DNA of 64,000 bases. It comes from Eledone cirrhosa (lineage: Eukaryota). A model generated the notes under the pieces. It had not been told where the DNA came from. It saw nothing but the letters and a program-made list of their open reading frames with translations, and ran no database searches. The stretch spans positions 81,406,001-81,470,000 of the forward strand of contig OZ024743.1 of NCBI GenBank assembly GCA_964016885.1, given 5' to 3'. Each line of letters begins with the position of its first letter. Position 1 is the stretch's first letter. A program made the position numbers and the translations under genes. Positions 41,237-56,154 of the stretch are shown here, one piece after another.

Positions 41237-41429
41237 TATATATATATATTTCCGATTTCACTCTGCCCGTCCCCTCAATCTTTCTAATTTCTCATTCTTT
41301 CTTCCTTCTGATCTGATGACAGACTAGCACCCGGAACGTTCAGACCCTCTTCCTGCTATTTCAAGTGTTAAACATATTCCTTCCATATACTGTACCGTTT
41401 GTTTTATTATTTCTAGTCACCTTTTACAT

Positions 41430-41501
<72 letters not shown>

Positions 41502-41502
41502 C

Positions 41503-41621
<119 letters not shown>

Positions 41622-41642
41622 CAAAGTTTGCTATAGAAATGT

Positions 41643-41689
41643 CTTCTACTGGAATAGAAGCGTTTCATTAAAAATAAATCATCAGGAAA
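41643..41689 (-). ncRNA. Family C hammerhead, decayed
   Basis: Minus tttc-CTGATGA-t-tta(tttt)taa-t-GAAA-c...g-TA-gaag; followed on + by a family C 3' segment (gccatttctatat...gattgaacccgg) in opposite orientation. Confidence 0.55.
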
Positions 41690-41811
41690 GGACATTCGTT
41701 ATGGTTTCTTTCGAATTTAGTCCAGTAGACGCCATTTCTATATCACACTGTACACTCTACTAATGTGTTGAGTACTTTAACAACTGAGGTTACCCCGGAT
41801 TGAACCCGGAA

Positions 41812-41874
<63 letters not shown>

Positions 41875-43029
41875 TATATATATATTGCAGGCAGCCATTT
41901 CATTAGCCTTAACAGCAACAACACTAGCGACTATAAAATGTGAGTATCTAGGTCTGATTTAGTAATATTTATTGATATATATATTAGTTTCAATTAATTG
42001 AAATTACTAACCCATCTAGTGACTACAATTCTATTTAATGGTCATTGGCGTTACATTCACTCTATAGTCTTCCTCTTAAACCAACGTCATCCATTATAGT
42101 CCGGTGACATTGTCTATGGAATTAGGGTTCTCTGATATTGCCATCCTTTTTTTATTACTATTATGTTCTTGTTTTCTCCATTATCGATTTGTTTTATTAG
42201 ATTTCTGCTTTCGTTTCTCCATGTTTATTTCTAAAGCGGGGTTCTTTATTTTTTATTTTTTTTTTTATTTTGTTCTATGTTAAAATTTTAAAATTCTTAC
42301 TTTATGGCATTAACTTGTTCTTTGCAATTTCATTCGTTACGTCCCTTGTTGCTTTTGTCTGGACTCTCGACATGGCGAATCGATGTTAACTGTATCTAGA
42401 TACAACACTGGCTGACTATATATTCTCTTGTAACAGAGACATCAAGCAGTTTTGATCTGAATAAAGGATTTTAGTTATATAGTAAATCATTTTACCAAAC
42501 ATAGGGTGGCTTTCAATGTCTTACTTTTTCTTCAAAGTTCTCTTTTGATGTTTTACATCACAGATTCTAAGTTTTGCTTCTGAATATTTCATACAATATA
42601 TTTTATGATAATGTCTTTGTATGTGAGAACGGTGAAACAAGCGCTGAGGGAATGACCAATGACATTTACAAGTGAGGTCAGCCCTACTAGAAAACTCCAT
42701 AATCTACTTCTATATGTTACTTCATAGAGATAATATCAAAACAGATATTACAAAATTAATAGTATGATGTGACCTTAGTTTGTTTCTATTCAGTCATAAA
42801 AGCTACACAGTAACATCGTATAAAACGCCAACGCCATCTATACTAATGTGGAAAATAATTTGAAACTCACACAGACGCAAGTTTTTACAAGATTATTAGT
42901 TAGAATTTATGTCCATTTTTCCTTACTTGCATGGGTTGGACAGAACCCTTTACTCAATCCGGTTCCAAGGGTGTTAGTAACTGAGTGTACACAATTCCGC
43001 CATAGATGATATATCAGTTTGCGTCAGGT

Positions 43030-43355
43030 CTAATCATCTTTTAGCTGAGTGAAGTGGAGCAGAGTAACATTAAGTGCCTTGCTCAAGGAAACAACACGTC
43101 CTCTGGTCTGGGAATCAAACTTACAACCTTAGGTTCATGAACCAACACCCTAATCACTAGGTCCTAAATAATTGTTTCTACTTTTGGCACAAGGCCAGCA
43201 ATTACCCAGTACATTACTGGTACTATATTTTATCGACCCCGTAAGGATGAAAGTCAAATTTAACCTCGACGGGGTTTGAATTCAGAATGGCAAGGGCCGT
43301 AACTCTATGCGTCAATGCATGGCGTCCGACTCTCTACCGATACTGCTAATCCACC
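43030..43355 (-). mobile_element. Two adjacent SINEs (V-like 43030-43160; Meta-like 43165-43355)
   Basis: aagtgccttgctcaaggaaacaac...ggaatcaaac; then the reverse complement of the 20915 consensus. Confidence 0.8.
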
Positions 43356-43740
43356 CGTGCTGACAACTGACATCATATTCATTCGTTGTTTATAATTCAA
43401 TTGTAAATTGAAAGTGATATAAGTTACATAAAAAGGTCTCTATTTTTGGTCGACATTTAGACACAACGATGAACACAAATCAACAGAGATGAGGAATGAA
43501 ACTATTGTCGATCTTTACTGCCCTAAGGTGACATATTTAACTCAATGACAGGAGCAGAAAACTTAGTACGGGACTGATACATTATGTTCTCAACTTCGAA
43601 ATGAAGTGAAACTGCCATCGATGGAATTGGAACTGACGACTAACCACTCGGCTGATCTGCCGTCCTAACACTATATATATATATATAGTCGATACACAAT
43701 AAATAATTTTCATATGTAAAAGAAACTTCCTCGTTTTTTC

Positions 43741-43825
<85 letters not shown>

Positions 43826-43850
43826 CAAAATATAATGTAATATAAAGCCC

Positions 43851-43897
43851 TTTCCTGATGATTTCCTTCGAATGAAACAGTTCTAGTCCTGTAGAAG
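43851..43897 (+). ncRNA. Type I hammerhead, family C (U10.1-U11.1)
   Basis: tttc-CTGATGA-t-ttc(cttc)gaa-t-GAAA-cag(ttctagtc)ctg-TA-gaag. Confidence 0.72.
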
Positions 43898-44239
43898 CCA
43901 TTTCTATATTAAATATTTATACTCTGCTATGTATTTAGTACCTTACTGTGGTAACCCCTGATTGAACCCGGGACACACACACACACACACATATATATAT
44001 TTATATATGCATATATTAAACAATAATTATAACGAGTCAGACAATTTGATTTCCTCTTGGTTCGCCGTTTTCCACTCACTCCATGATTTTACAACAATCG
44101 TATGTTGTAAATACGAATTTGGATATCACAGTGGACACAATACGTTACATAGTGTATAAATGGATTTGTGTGGAAACACAAAAATGACTCCCAACTGTAC
44201 AATTTCAACGTCCTGTGCATCTTTGATGCATTAGCAAAA

Positions 44240-44330
44240 TACCACGCGGCGACGTTGGAGAGAATAAAGGTTGAGCTTTTCTAATCGATTCCAATAGTCA
44301 AGGCCTGTCATGCCATATATCTTTTTGTAA
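44240..44330 (-). pseudogene. CR1-group LINE C-terminal fragment
   Basis: KKIYGMTGLDYWNRLEKLNLYSLQRRR matches the LSYxxRLxxLxLxSLxxRR motif. Confidence 0.7.
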
Positions 44331-44432
44331 TCATCTCTGTCTGACGAACGATCCAGACGTATATTAACATTGTCTGGGATCCAGAAACCTTTGTTATTGG
44401 AGTAGTTATATTTTGTGTTGTTCACATTCTAA

Positions 44433-44468
<36 letters not shown>

Positions 44469-44800
44469 CCAACGTCGCCGTGCGGAACTGGAATCAATAT
44501 GATTCCAGTTCCTCGGAGGACTAACAACACACCCAGGGCTGGTCATATCGATGAATTGACAGAGTGAAACACATTTCAACAACAGTTTACCTGTTTTTTC
44601 TACATTAATTCGAAGAGGTCACAGCCAATAACAGCTGTCACCGAAATATATATACCAGATAATTTATATTAAACGAACCCAAATGTAACATGTTTGACTT
44701 ACTAATTTTACATTACTCCGGAGTAAACAAACCAACCTGCGTACTTCGTCGAGTGCTCCAATCTGCATACTGAGGTGTCGGTAAACAACCAACATATACT

Positions 44801-44837
<37 letters not shown>

Positions 44838-44854
44838 TATATATAATAATAATA

Positions 44855-45003
44855 ATAATAATTGTTTCTACTTTTGGCACAAGGCCAGCAATTACCCAGT
44901 GTATTACTGGTACTTTATTTTATCGACCCCGTAAGGATGAAAGGCGAAGTTAACCTCGGCGGGATTTGAACTCAAAATGGCAAGGGCCGTAACTCTATGC
45001 GTC
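44855..45003 (-). mobile_element. Meta-like SINE, 5'-truncated, within (AAT)n
   Basis: Reverse complement of the consensus; (AAT)n on both sides. Confidence 0.9.
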
Positions 45004-45191
45004 AATAATAATAATAATAATACTATTTATAGTTATGTATATAGTATAAACAACTATAAACAGGAAGGTCAGTAATTTCTTAATCACCTTATTACCAGTA
45101 AGAGAAATAGTTCAATGTATGAACATCAGTTGTTTTACAGAGCAGTTAAATAAATAAATTATACAATTAACAAAGTTGTGTTCAAATTATT

Positions 45192-45245
45192 TAATAGCTG
45201 ACAAACGTTTCTTCCAAACTCTCGTTTGGAATCATCGGAGCATTA
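45192..45245 (-). ncRNA. Type I hammerhead, C4 variant (family G)
   Basis: Minus taatgct-CCGATGA-ttccaaac(gaga)gtttggaa-GAAA-c(gttt)g-TC-agctatta; perfect 8-bp stem II with a GNRA loop. Confidence 0.75.
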
Positions 45246-45336
45246 TCAATGTTTGCACATATAATTACCCCCCTATCCAACTGAACAATAATATAGATAC
45301 ATATAAATTGATGTTGTAACAACAGTTTCGTGTATA

Positions 45337-45394
<58 letters not shown>

Positions 45395-45397
<3 letters not shown>

Positions 45398-45570
45398 GGC
45401 TTCCAAAAATAATGGTTGCATTTTAAAAGGGTACGTCAAAGCTTATTTGTAAAACTGTTATATATTGTATTTTGTCTGATGAAGGCATACCATAATTTAA
45501 TTTGGTATCCCTGAAATATATATAATGAAATAAATACGGTTTTATAAATATAGTTTCCATTTATTAATAT
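45395..45570 (+). mobile_element. Family B PLE terminal repeat with hammerhead core (45476-45522)
   Basis: CTGATGA-agg-c-atacca...tggtat-c-cct-GAAA-tata-TA; (TA)n flanks. Confidence 0.72.
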
Positions 45571-45571
45571 C

Positions 45572-45611
<40 letters not shown>

Positions 45612-45969
45612 TTATATTCATTTCATTGAGGCGAAGCAGTGGGTCATGTTACTCTGGTGTTTCACCTGTTTATCACAGATCATAATATTATAACTCTACT
45701 TCAGTGATGAGTACTCTCTCAGCTGTCAAACACATACATATATATATATAACGCTCATCCACTGCTTTAACACAATATGTGTGTATGTATGTGTATGTAT
45801 GTGTTTGCGTGTGCGTGTGGTGTGTGTGTATGTGTGGATATGTGTGCGAATGTACATATTCTATTTACGATTTTGTTTACTTTTCGTGCCGCAATCTTCC
45901 GGTTTATAACCGATGTCCGGTTTTGTCCAGTCTTCTGCACTGAACGTGTCATATAGAGTTCGAATCGTG

Positions 45970-47240
45970 GAGGTGTAGTGTGGTGTGGTGCAGTGTGGCG
46001 TGGTGTAGTGTAGGGTGTGGTGGTGCAGTGTGGTGTGGTGCAGTGTGGCGTGGTATAGTGTAGGATGGTGTAGTGCGGTGTGGTATGGTGTGCTGTGGAG
46101 TAGTGTGCTGTGGTGTAGTGTAGTGTGGTGTGGTGCAGTGCGGTGTGGTGCAGTGTGGCGTGGTGTAGTGTAGGGTGTGGTGGTGTAGTGTGGTGTGGAG
46201 TAGTGTGGTGCAGTATGGCGTGGTGTAGTGTAGTGTGGTGTGATGCAGTGTGGCATGGTGTAGTGTAGTGTTGTGTAGTGTGGTGTGGTCTGGAGTAGTG
46301 TGGTGTGGTGTAGTGTGGTGTAGTGTAGTGTAGTGTAGTGTAGTGTAGTGTAGTGTAGTGTAGTGTAGTGTAGTGTAGTGTAGTGTAGTGTAGTGTAGTG
46401 TGGTGTGGTGTGGTGTAGTGTGGTGTGGTGTAGTGTAGTGTAGTGTAGTGTAGTGTGGTGTAGTGTGGTGTAGTGTGGTGTAGTGCAGTGTGGTGTAGTG
46501 TAGTGTGGTGTAGTGTGGTGTTGTGTAGTGTGGTGTAGTGTAGTGTTGTGTAGTATAGTGTAGTGTAGTGTAGTATAGTGTAGTGTTGTGTGGTGTAGTG
46601 TGGTGTAGTGTGGTGTGGTGTAGTGTAGTGTGGTGTAGTGTAGTGCTGTGTAGTGTAGTGTAGTGTAGTGTAGTATAGTGTAGTGTGGTGTGGTGTGGTG
46701 TAGTGTGGTGTAATGTAGTGTGGTGTAGTGTGGTGTAATGTAGTGTAGTGTAGTGTAGTGTAGTGTAGTGTAGTGTAGTGTAGTGTAGTGTAGTGTAGTG
46801 CGGTGTGGTATGGTGTGCTGTGGTGTAGTGTGGTGTAGTGTGGTGTAGTGTGGTGTGGTGTAGTGTAGTGTGGTGTAGTGTAGTGTGGTGTAGTGTAGTG
46901 TAGTGTAGTGTAGTGTAGTGTAGTGTAGTGTAGTGTAGTGTAGTGTGGTGTGATGTAGTGTGCTGTAGTGTGCTGTAGTGTGCTGTAGTGTGGTGTAGTG
47001 TGGTATAGTGTAGTGTAGCGTTGTGTGGTGTAGTGTGGTGTAGTGTAGTGTAGTGTAGTGTGGTGTGGTGTAGTGTGGTGTAGTGTGCTGTAGTGTGGTG
47101 TAGTGTGCTGTAGTGTGGTGTAGTATGGTGTAGTGTAGTGTAGTGTAGTGTAGTGTAGTGTAGTGTGGTGTAGTGTGGTGTAGTGTGGTGTAGTGTGGTG
47201 TAGTGTGGTGTAGTGTGGTGTAGTGTGGTGTAGTGTGGTG
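45970..47240. repeat. (GTGTA/GTGTG)n pentanucleotide array
   Basis: Direct inspection; source of the HTTLHY ORFs. Confidence 0.95.
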
Positions 47241-47702
47241 TATTGTAACATGGACAGTAGGTGTAACAATAGCCATCTCTCCATGTTGGGTGACTATGTG
47301 ACTGTTATTCTGATAGTTTTCAAATATTTTACATATCTGACACTTTGTAAACACTTTAGATGTAAGAAGAATGTTATCTTTGTGTGGAGAGAATAACCGT
47401 GTCCACACGTGTTCCGTCTCACAGCCTCTCCCTCTCTCCCCTTCTATCTCCCTCTCTCTTTCTCTCTATGTATATACACATAAACACAGACATATATATA
47501 CACATGCGTATATATATAACATATTGAAACATGTAAAACTCTCCAGTATTTAATAAATAAAGGAATCGCTGAATATCAGGAAATGTTTTGTTTTTCTATT
47601 ATCCCGTGTGTGCGTGTGGGTGTGGAAGGGTGTGGGTGTGTGTGTGTGGGGGGGGGGTATACATGTACGTATATATGTACATATTTATTTATATTTATAT
47701 AC

Positions 47703-47790
<88 letters not shown>

Positions 47791-48295
47791 GTGTGTGTGC
47801 GTGCGTGCGTGCGTGTGTGTATGTGTTTATTCCTCTTTTGAAATTATTTGCAATCTTATAGAAACTTAAATTAGGTTTCGTCGTTGTAATTTCTCCAATA
47901 TTGTATTGACCAATAGCTTCGGTTTATAGTAGGAGAAGATATACCACGAAAGTGTTATTACAACTTTGCTCTCCTCTAAACCTCAGCAGCAATCAATTAG
48001 AGCCCTTGTGAAAGCTTGAAGTGTGAAACCTCGTTCTTACTGAGGATCACACCTGATACTTATCAACATAGTGAGGACTGGCCTTTCACTTCAGAGTTAG
48101 AAAACATTTCAGCCACAAACAACCACTGATTCTCTATAAAGTTCGGGAGAGTTCCACAGTGGAATACTACTTCTACATCCGTATCGTTGGTACAGAAATT
48201 CTCTCAAACATTTTAGATCACAACAAAACTGACGTCCTAGAAGTTACCAACACACGCAACTCTGGCCTACAGACGTGCTGACCCTCTCTCTCTCG

Positions 48296-48334
<39 letters not shown>

Positions 48335-48420
48335 TTGAACTCTCCCTTTTCTACCGCTATTACAATGGTATCTGCTCTTCGGAACTGTCTAGTTTCTTGC
48401 CTTATCCACCGAATTACTCT
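48335..48420 (+). pseudogene. CR1/Jockey-group LINE C-terminal fragment
   Basis: Reads (S)LFYRYYNGICSSELSSFLP, a common LINE ORF2 C-terminal motif. Confidence 0.55.
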
Positions 48421-48913
48421 CCATTGGCTCATCTCTCTAAACCTAACCCATAATATATACAATATTCTCGTCTCATACAACCCACTACGCCGAGAACATT
48501 CTCTCTAGAAGCTAGGCCCCTTGCAACATCAACCAATACATATTTCTTTCCTCCAGTCATTGATTGCAACTGTCCAAGCAGAACGTTAACGGCATCAATC
48601 TCACCAGTCACTGTAGGCTTATAAAGGTCATGAACAAGGCCCCTTCCCGCAAAGAAAATTAATAGGAAAAAAATATGAGAGCGAGCTCAGCTTCTAGAAA
48701 TTCAAATTAAGTCACACACTCAGCTAAGTTACCAGTAAGCATTTATAGCTGTATGAATGCATTACGAGGCTCATAGTTTCCAGGAATATATCAATTTATT
48801 GATTAAAACAGTATCACATATACATATATTATATAAACCTTATGTGTGCATGTGTGTGTATATATGTGCTGGCATGCCTTTGTGTAAATAACTGTGGACA
48901 CAAACACACACGC

Positions 48914-48953
<40 letters not shown>

Positions 48954-49365
48954 GTGAGTGTGCGTACATATGTGTGCACATATATACGTATATATATATA
49001 TATATATATGCATGTATGTTTATGTCTGTTTATATATACATACGTATACATATGTGTTTATGTCAGTATGTATATATATATATATACATACATATATATA
49101 AAATCACTTACATGTACATGGACATAAACCTGATTAGTGCATCATCTGGGATATTAAATGGTGACTAGTTAGAATTTCTGTGAGTCGGAATTACGATTGA
49201 ACATTGCTAGGAGAAGGTAGAGTGATGCCAAGCCAAAGTGAATTACCATTTTATCTCGGCTGCCATCTTACAACTATTTCCGATGAAATAACTGTTACGG
49301 CAACAACATTCTTCATTTCGCTGAATAATTTAAACATTATAGGAAAATAAATTCGAAGTGGGTGA

Positions 49366-49514
<149 letters not shown>

Positions 49515-49640
49515 TACGCACGGACGCACATACACTCACGTGAGCGCACGCGCTAACAAATACGCAAGCATACATAAATACATATATATAATATCCAACT
49601 CACAAACACACATATGCACGCATATGTGTGTTTGTATATG

Positions 49641-49671
<31 letters not shown>

Positions 49672-49688
49672 AGTGTAGTTAGATGTTG

Positions 49689-49726
<38 letters not shown>

Positions 49727-49776
49727 ACATTTAATTACACTCGTACACAGAAACGGGCACACACCAGCATACATAC

Positions 49777-49822
<46 letters not shown>

Positions 49823-49927
49823 TAACTACCGATACACACTTAGACAGGGACACACATACACCTATATATATGTATATATATATATATAAATATATATATA
49901 CATATATATATATACACACATATATAT

Positions 49928-49989
<62 letters not shown>

Positions 49990-50040
49990 GAATATATATA
50001 TATACATTTATATATATATATATATATACATATATACATC

Positions 50041-50110
<70 letters not shown>

Positions 50111-50320
50111 TAAAACATTTTTTTTTGTTTTTTTCTCATGTTTACTTTTTGCCTATCTTTGTTTCGTTTCACTTTGTCTCTTAATCTCTCTCTTTCTCTC
50201 TCTCGCCCTCTCTCTCTCTCTATTTATCTCTCTATCTCTCTATCTCTCTCTATCTCTCTATCTCTCTAACTCTAATCTCTCTCAACTTCCTCCCTATATA
50301 CACATTTCTTCTTTCTCTGT

Positions 50321-50371
<51 letters not shown>

Positions 50372-50407
50372 GTTTATTGGCAACATGACCCTCCCAAAGT
50401 ATAACAA

Positions 50408-50621
<214 letters not shown>

Positions 50622-50762
50622 TATATATAGATAGATATATATAGATATATACAGCATAGCATTCATGTTCAAGGCTATGTTAGCGCAGAGACATCAGTTA
50701 ATATCTATTGCCTTCTCTGTGTTTATGTGTTTGTTTATAAATGCACGATACATGCACACACT

Positions 50763-50984
<222 letters not shown>

Positions 50985-51632
50985 AACAAACATAGATGCA
51001 TACATATGTGTGTACACTTAAATATTCATAAGCTTGTGTAATTATATATATGCATGTGTGTGTGTGTGTGTAGAATTGTGGTTTTAAGGGAAATGTATGT
51101 TTGCTCATGAGAAAGATTCCAGAATTTCGAGCAGCAGAACAACGTGCTCATAAAACTGCAGGTGGCTGAGTATTCCAAAGAGAGTAGCAATACTAACTTA
51201 GTTCCCAGGGAGAGTCAGCATCGCACACTCAGTTTTACAAGGGTGGATGTTTGAATTACAGGTCTAACTCACGACCTGGCGACCGTAAACCGAACACATT
51301 AACCACTAAACTACTTTCCAACACCAATGTAAGTTGAGTGTGTCGTGGTGGGTAACACAGCTCACCTATTAACAAGCTCATGTTTTCAGCTGACTTAACT
51401 AGAGCACACATTAGATATGTTGTCTTGTCCAGGAAAACAGTTGTTCCCTGAGTATCGAACTTACGTTGTTACGATTGAAAATAACCACTAAGCCACGTGG
51501 TGTTATATCTAAGTAAGAAACTCTCTCTCTCTTGTATAATTACTTCATTGGTAAACAGTCGTTAGTAAATGTAGACTAAATTTTTATTTGATAAAAGATG
51601 CCAGGAACTTTTGGTTGACAATCAGGTTAGAT

Positions 51633-52500
<868 letters not shown>

Positions 52501-53169
52501 ATCAATAATACAATTCAGCAAATTGGTATATGGTTAAAAAATAAAATGGACGATATTGTACCATATGTTTTAGTAATGGAAAAATATATTAAAAAATATT
52601 ATCGTAAGTATATAAATGAAACATGCACTTTAGAAAGTGAACAGAAAAAAAGCCGAGTAAAGTGTTGGAAAGTTTATGTTAAAGGAGAAGACATTTTTAA
52701 CGTCTCATTAAAAGTTTTCTTACTAATTCATATATTAATTTAACCCTTACCTTATTTCTAACGAACGATACTACCTATGACATTCAAATAAATTTGAAAA
52801 TAGTCAGGAATTTAAAGAGATTTTAGTAATATATCTAACGTTCACATTATTAACCTGGTGTTTGGAACATAACATAACAAAGGTTCTTTATAACAGTATA
52901 GTGGAAGGTGTTTAGATAAATATAAACATTTTAACATAAAGAGCTGCATATCATTTCAGAGTTTTGGTAGTAAATGGGTTAAAGATGGTAAATTTACATA
53001 GTCGGTAGATCGTCGGATTAAACGTTTTGTGATATATGTTTCGACCCATTGCGTTCTGTGTTCTAATCCCACTAAGATCAACTGTCCCTTTCATCATTTC
53101 AGTGTCTGTACATTTAATATTGTAGGGATATATCTCAGTCTAGTCAAAAGTCTGTCTGAAGCCAGGAAG

Positions 53170-53385
53170 TCTGTCATGCCAGTGCTGAAAGTACAACATC
53201 CCCCTGGACAGAACGCCAGTCTATCACAGGGGTAAACTCCCAGATATTGATAGCACTCATTTTCAGCTGAATATACTGCAGTAATATGAAATAAAGTGTT
53301 TTGCTCAAGAACACAACACACAACCGTGCCCATGACTCGAACTCATGATATTATGATCATAAGTCCAACACACTTACCACTAGGG
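53170..53385 (-). mobile_element. V-like tRNA-derived SINE
   Basis: aagtgttttgctcaagaacacaac...gactcgaactc...accactag; homologous to 43030-43160. Confidence 0.65.
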
Positions 53386-53499
53386 ACGTAGATCCCACAA
53401 ACTGAATACATTCTTCTGACTTTCCCTTCCAATATTTAGCAGTAAGATATTTTCTTGCTAATCATATTTAGCAACGAAGGATAGATTTATCCCAATAAA

Positions 53500-53722
53500 T
53501 AATATGGTTTCTGATTTAGGCACAAGGCCAGAAGTTTGGGGGAGGGGGAAAATCGATTAAATCGACCCCAATACATTTCTGGTGCTTTATGTTATCGACC
53601 CTGTAAAGATAAAAGACAAATCTAACATCGGCAGGATTTGAACTCAGAACGTAAAGAGCCGTAACTCTATGCCATAAAGCATGTTGTCCGACGTTCTACC
53701 GATATTGCCTATCCACCACCCT
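53500..53722 (-). mobile_element. Meta-like SINE, long form
   Basis: Includes the ggggtcgatttaatcgattttccc segment also present in the 21112 unit. Confidence 0.85.
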
Positions 53723-53849
53723 AATTCCACTATATAGTATTGTTGGGGAACGTGCCGCCCCTGTATATAATTTTAAAAATACCCCAGAAAGGCCGTCTAA
53801 CACTAGAGTGATTCTGTGACACTAGCAGATGTTACACATCTATACATAC

Positions 53850-54890
53850 AAATAAACATACATATACACATACATACATAACATAATCCATAGAATACAT
53901 ACATACACATACATAGATACATACACACATATACATACACACATACACATACGTACATACACACATACACTCATCCTTCCATCCATCCATACACCCATCC
54001 ATCCATCCATACATACACCCATCCATCCATCCATCCATACATACACCCATCCATCCATCCACCCATCCATCCATCCATCCATCCATCCATACACCCATCC
54101 ATCCATCCATCCATCCACCCATCCATCCATCCATCCATCCATCCATACACCCATCCATACACCCATCCATCCACCCATCCATCCATCCATCCATACATAC
54201 ACCCATCCATCCATCCATACACCCATCCATCCATCCATCCATACATACACCCATCCATCCATCCATACACCCATCCATCCATACATCCATTCATCCATCC
54301 ATACACCCATCCATCCATACATCCATTCATCCATAGATACACCCATCCATCCATCCATACATCCATTCATCCATCCATACACCCATCCATCCATACATCC
54401 ATCCATCCATCCATCCATCCATACACCCATCCATCCATCCATCCATCCATCCATACACCCATCCATCCATACATACACCCATCCATCCATCCATCCATAC
54501 ATACATACCTCCATCCATCCATCCATCCATACATACATCCATACATCCATACATCCATACATACATACATCCATCCATCCATCCATACATACATCCATAC
54601 ATCCATACATCCATCCATCCATACATCCATCCATCCATCCATCCATTCATACATCCATTCATCCATCCATCCATCCATCCATACATACATACATCCATAC
54701 ATCCATACATCCATCCATACATACATCCATACATCCATCCATCCATCCATCCATCCATCCATACATACATACATACATACATCCATACATCCATCCATCC
54801 ATCCATCCATCCATACATCCATTCATCCATCCATACATCCATCCATCGATCCATCCATCCATACATACACCCATCCATCCATACATACAT
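53850..54890. repeat. (CATC/CATA/CACC)n tetranucleotide array
   Basis: Direct inspection. Confidence 0.95.
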
Positions 54891-55049
54891 TCATATATGG
54901 AAGATATCATAGACAACCCAACTTTGTCAGATGCTCCACCGATTTAACTACGAATTTCATGATATACATCTTGACATTGAGAAGTCATGGGACCAGTTAA
55001 CCTGTTAGAAACAACAGCTAAATACCCATCAAATCACTCTGTTTTAACA

Positions 55050-55233
55050 AGAATAATTGTTTCTACTTTAGGCACAAGGCCAGCAATTATCCAGTGCATT
55101 ACTGGTACTTTATTTTATCGACCCCGTAAGGATGAAAGGCAAAGTCAACCTCGGCGGGATTTGAACTCAGATCATAAAGGGCCGTAACTCTATGCTGGAA
55201 AGCATGTCGTCCGACCCTCTACCGATACTGCCA
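55050..55233 (-). mobile_element. Meta-like SINE
   Basis: Reverse complement of the consensus. Confidence 0.9.
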
Positions 55234-55289
55234 AGAAAAATGTTCTTCTAAAAACACTGCAACAACACAAGATGGCTTCCGTTTGATGA

Positions 55290-55465
55290 CAGGTGTGTTA
55301 GACGAGGTGTGTTAGACGAGATGTGTTAGACCAGATGTGTTAGACGAGGTGTGTTAGACGAGGTGTGTTAGACGAGGTGTGTTAGACGAGGAGTGTTAGA
55401 CGAGGTGTGCTAGACCAGATGTGTTAGACCAGGTGTGTTAGACCAGGAGTGTTAGACGAGGTGTG
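55290..55465. repeat. 14-bp minisatellite, ~12 copies
   Basis: Unit gaggtgtgttagac. Confidence 0.92.
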
Positions 55466-56154
55466 AGTCTGTGTGTAACAAAATAAAACAATATCTACAC
55501 AATAAAGAAAATTAAGAAGGTGGTGTCCCAGCCTGGCCACATCTAAAATTTGAAAACTGTTAAAGATTACTAATAACAATTTTAATTACAATAGTAATGA
55601 TAATTAATTACAATACTAATGATAATTAATTTGTCAACAAAGAGAGTGAAATACTAAACATCAATATAAAACAAACAATAAACAATAATAACAATAATAA
55701 CAATAACAATAACAACAGAAACAATAATAACAATAATAACAACAGCAGACACAAACAAAAATAACATCAATAAGAATTAGAACATTAAAAACACAGCAAC
55801 AGCAACAATAACAACAACGACACAACAAACAACAATAACAACAACAACGACACAACAAACAACAATAACAACAACAACGACACAACAAACAACAATTACA
55901 ACAACAACGACACAACAACAACAATGACACAACAATATAGCAACATATAAAACAACAATAACAAAACAACACCGACAATACCACATGGTGTTGTGACATG
56001 GTGTAAAATAATTAGATAGGGCGCCACCTACTTTATATATCTACTTTACCAGCCTCACAACACTACCACTAAACTCCCACAACAGTCCCACTTCAGCTAA
56101 CTTCCCACCCAAACCTGACTTATACAAAGGTTGCCCCCCCCATCTCTGCAGCTA

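Noticed and set aside
43630-43670. CTGACGA followed by cggc/gccgTC
   Set aside because: No GAAA box and no stem II.
45767-47408. His/Thr/Tyr-rich 500-aa ORFs
   Set aside because: Translation of a pentanucleotide satellite.
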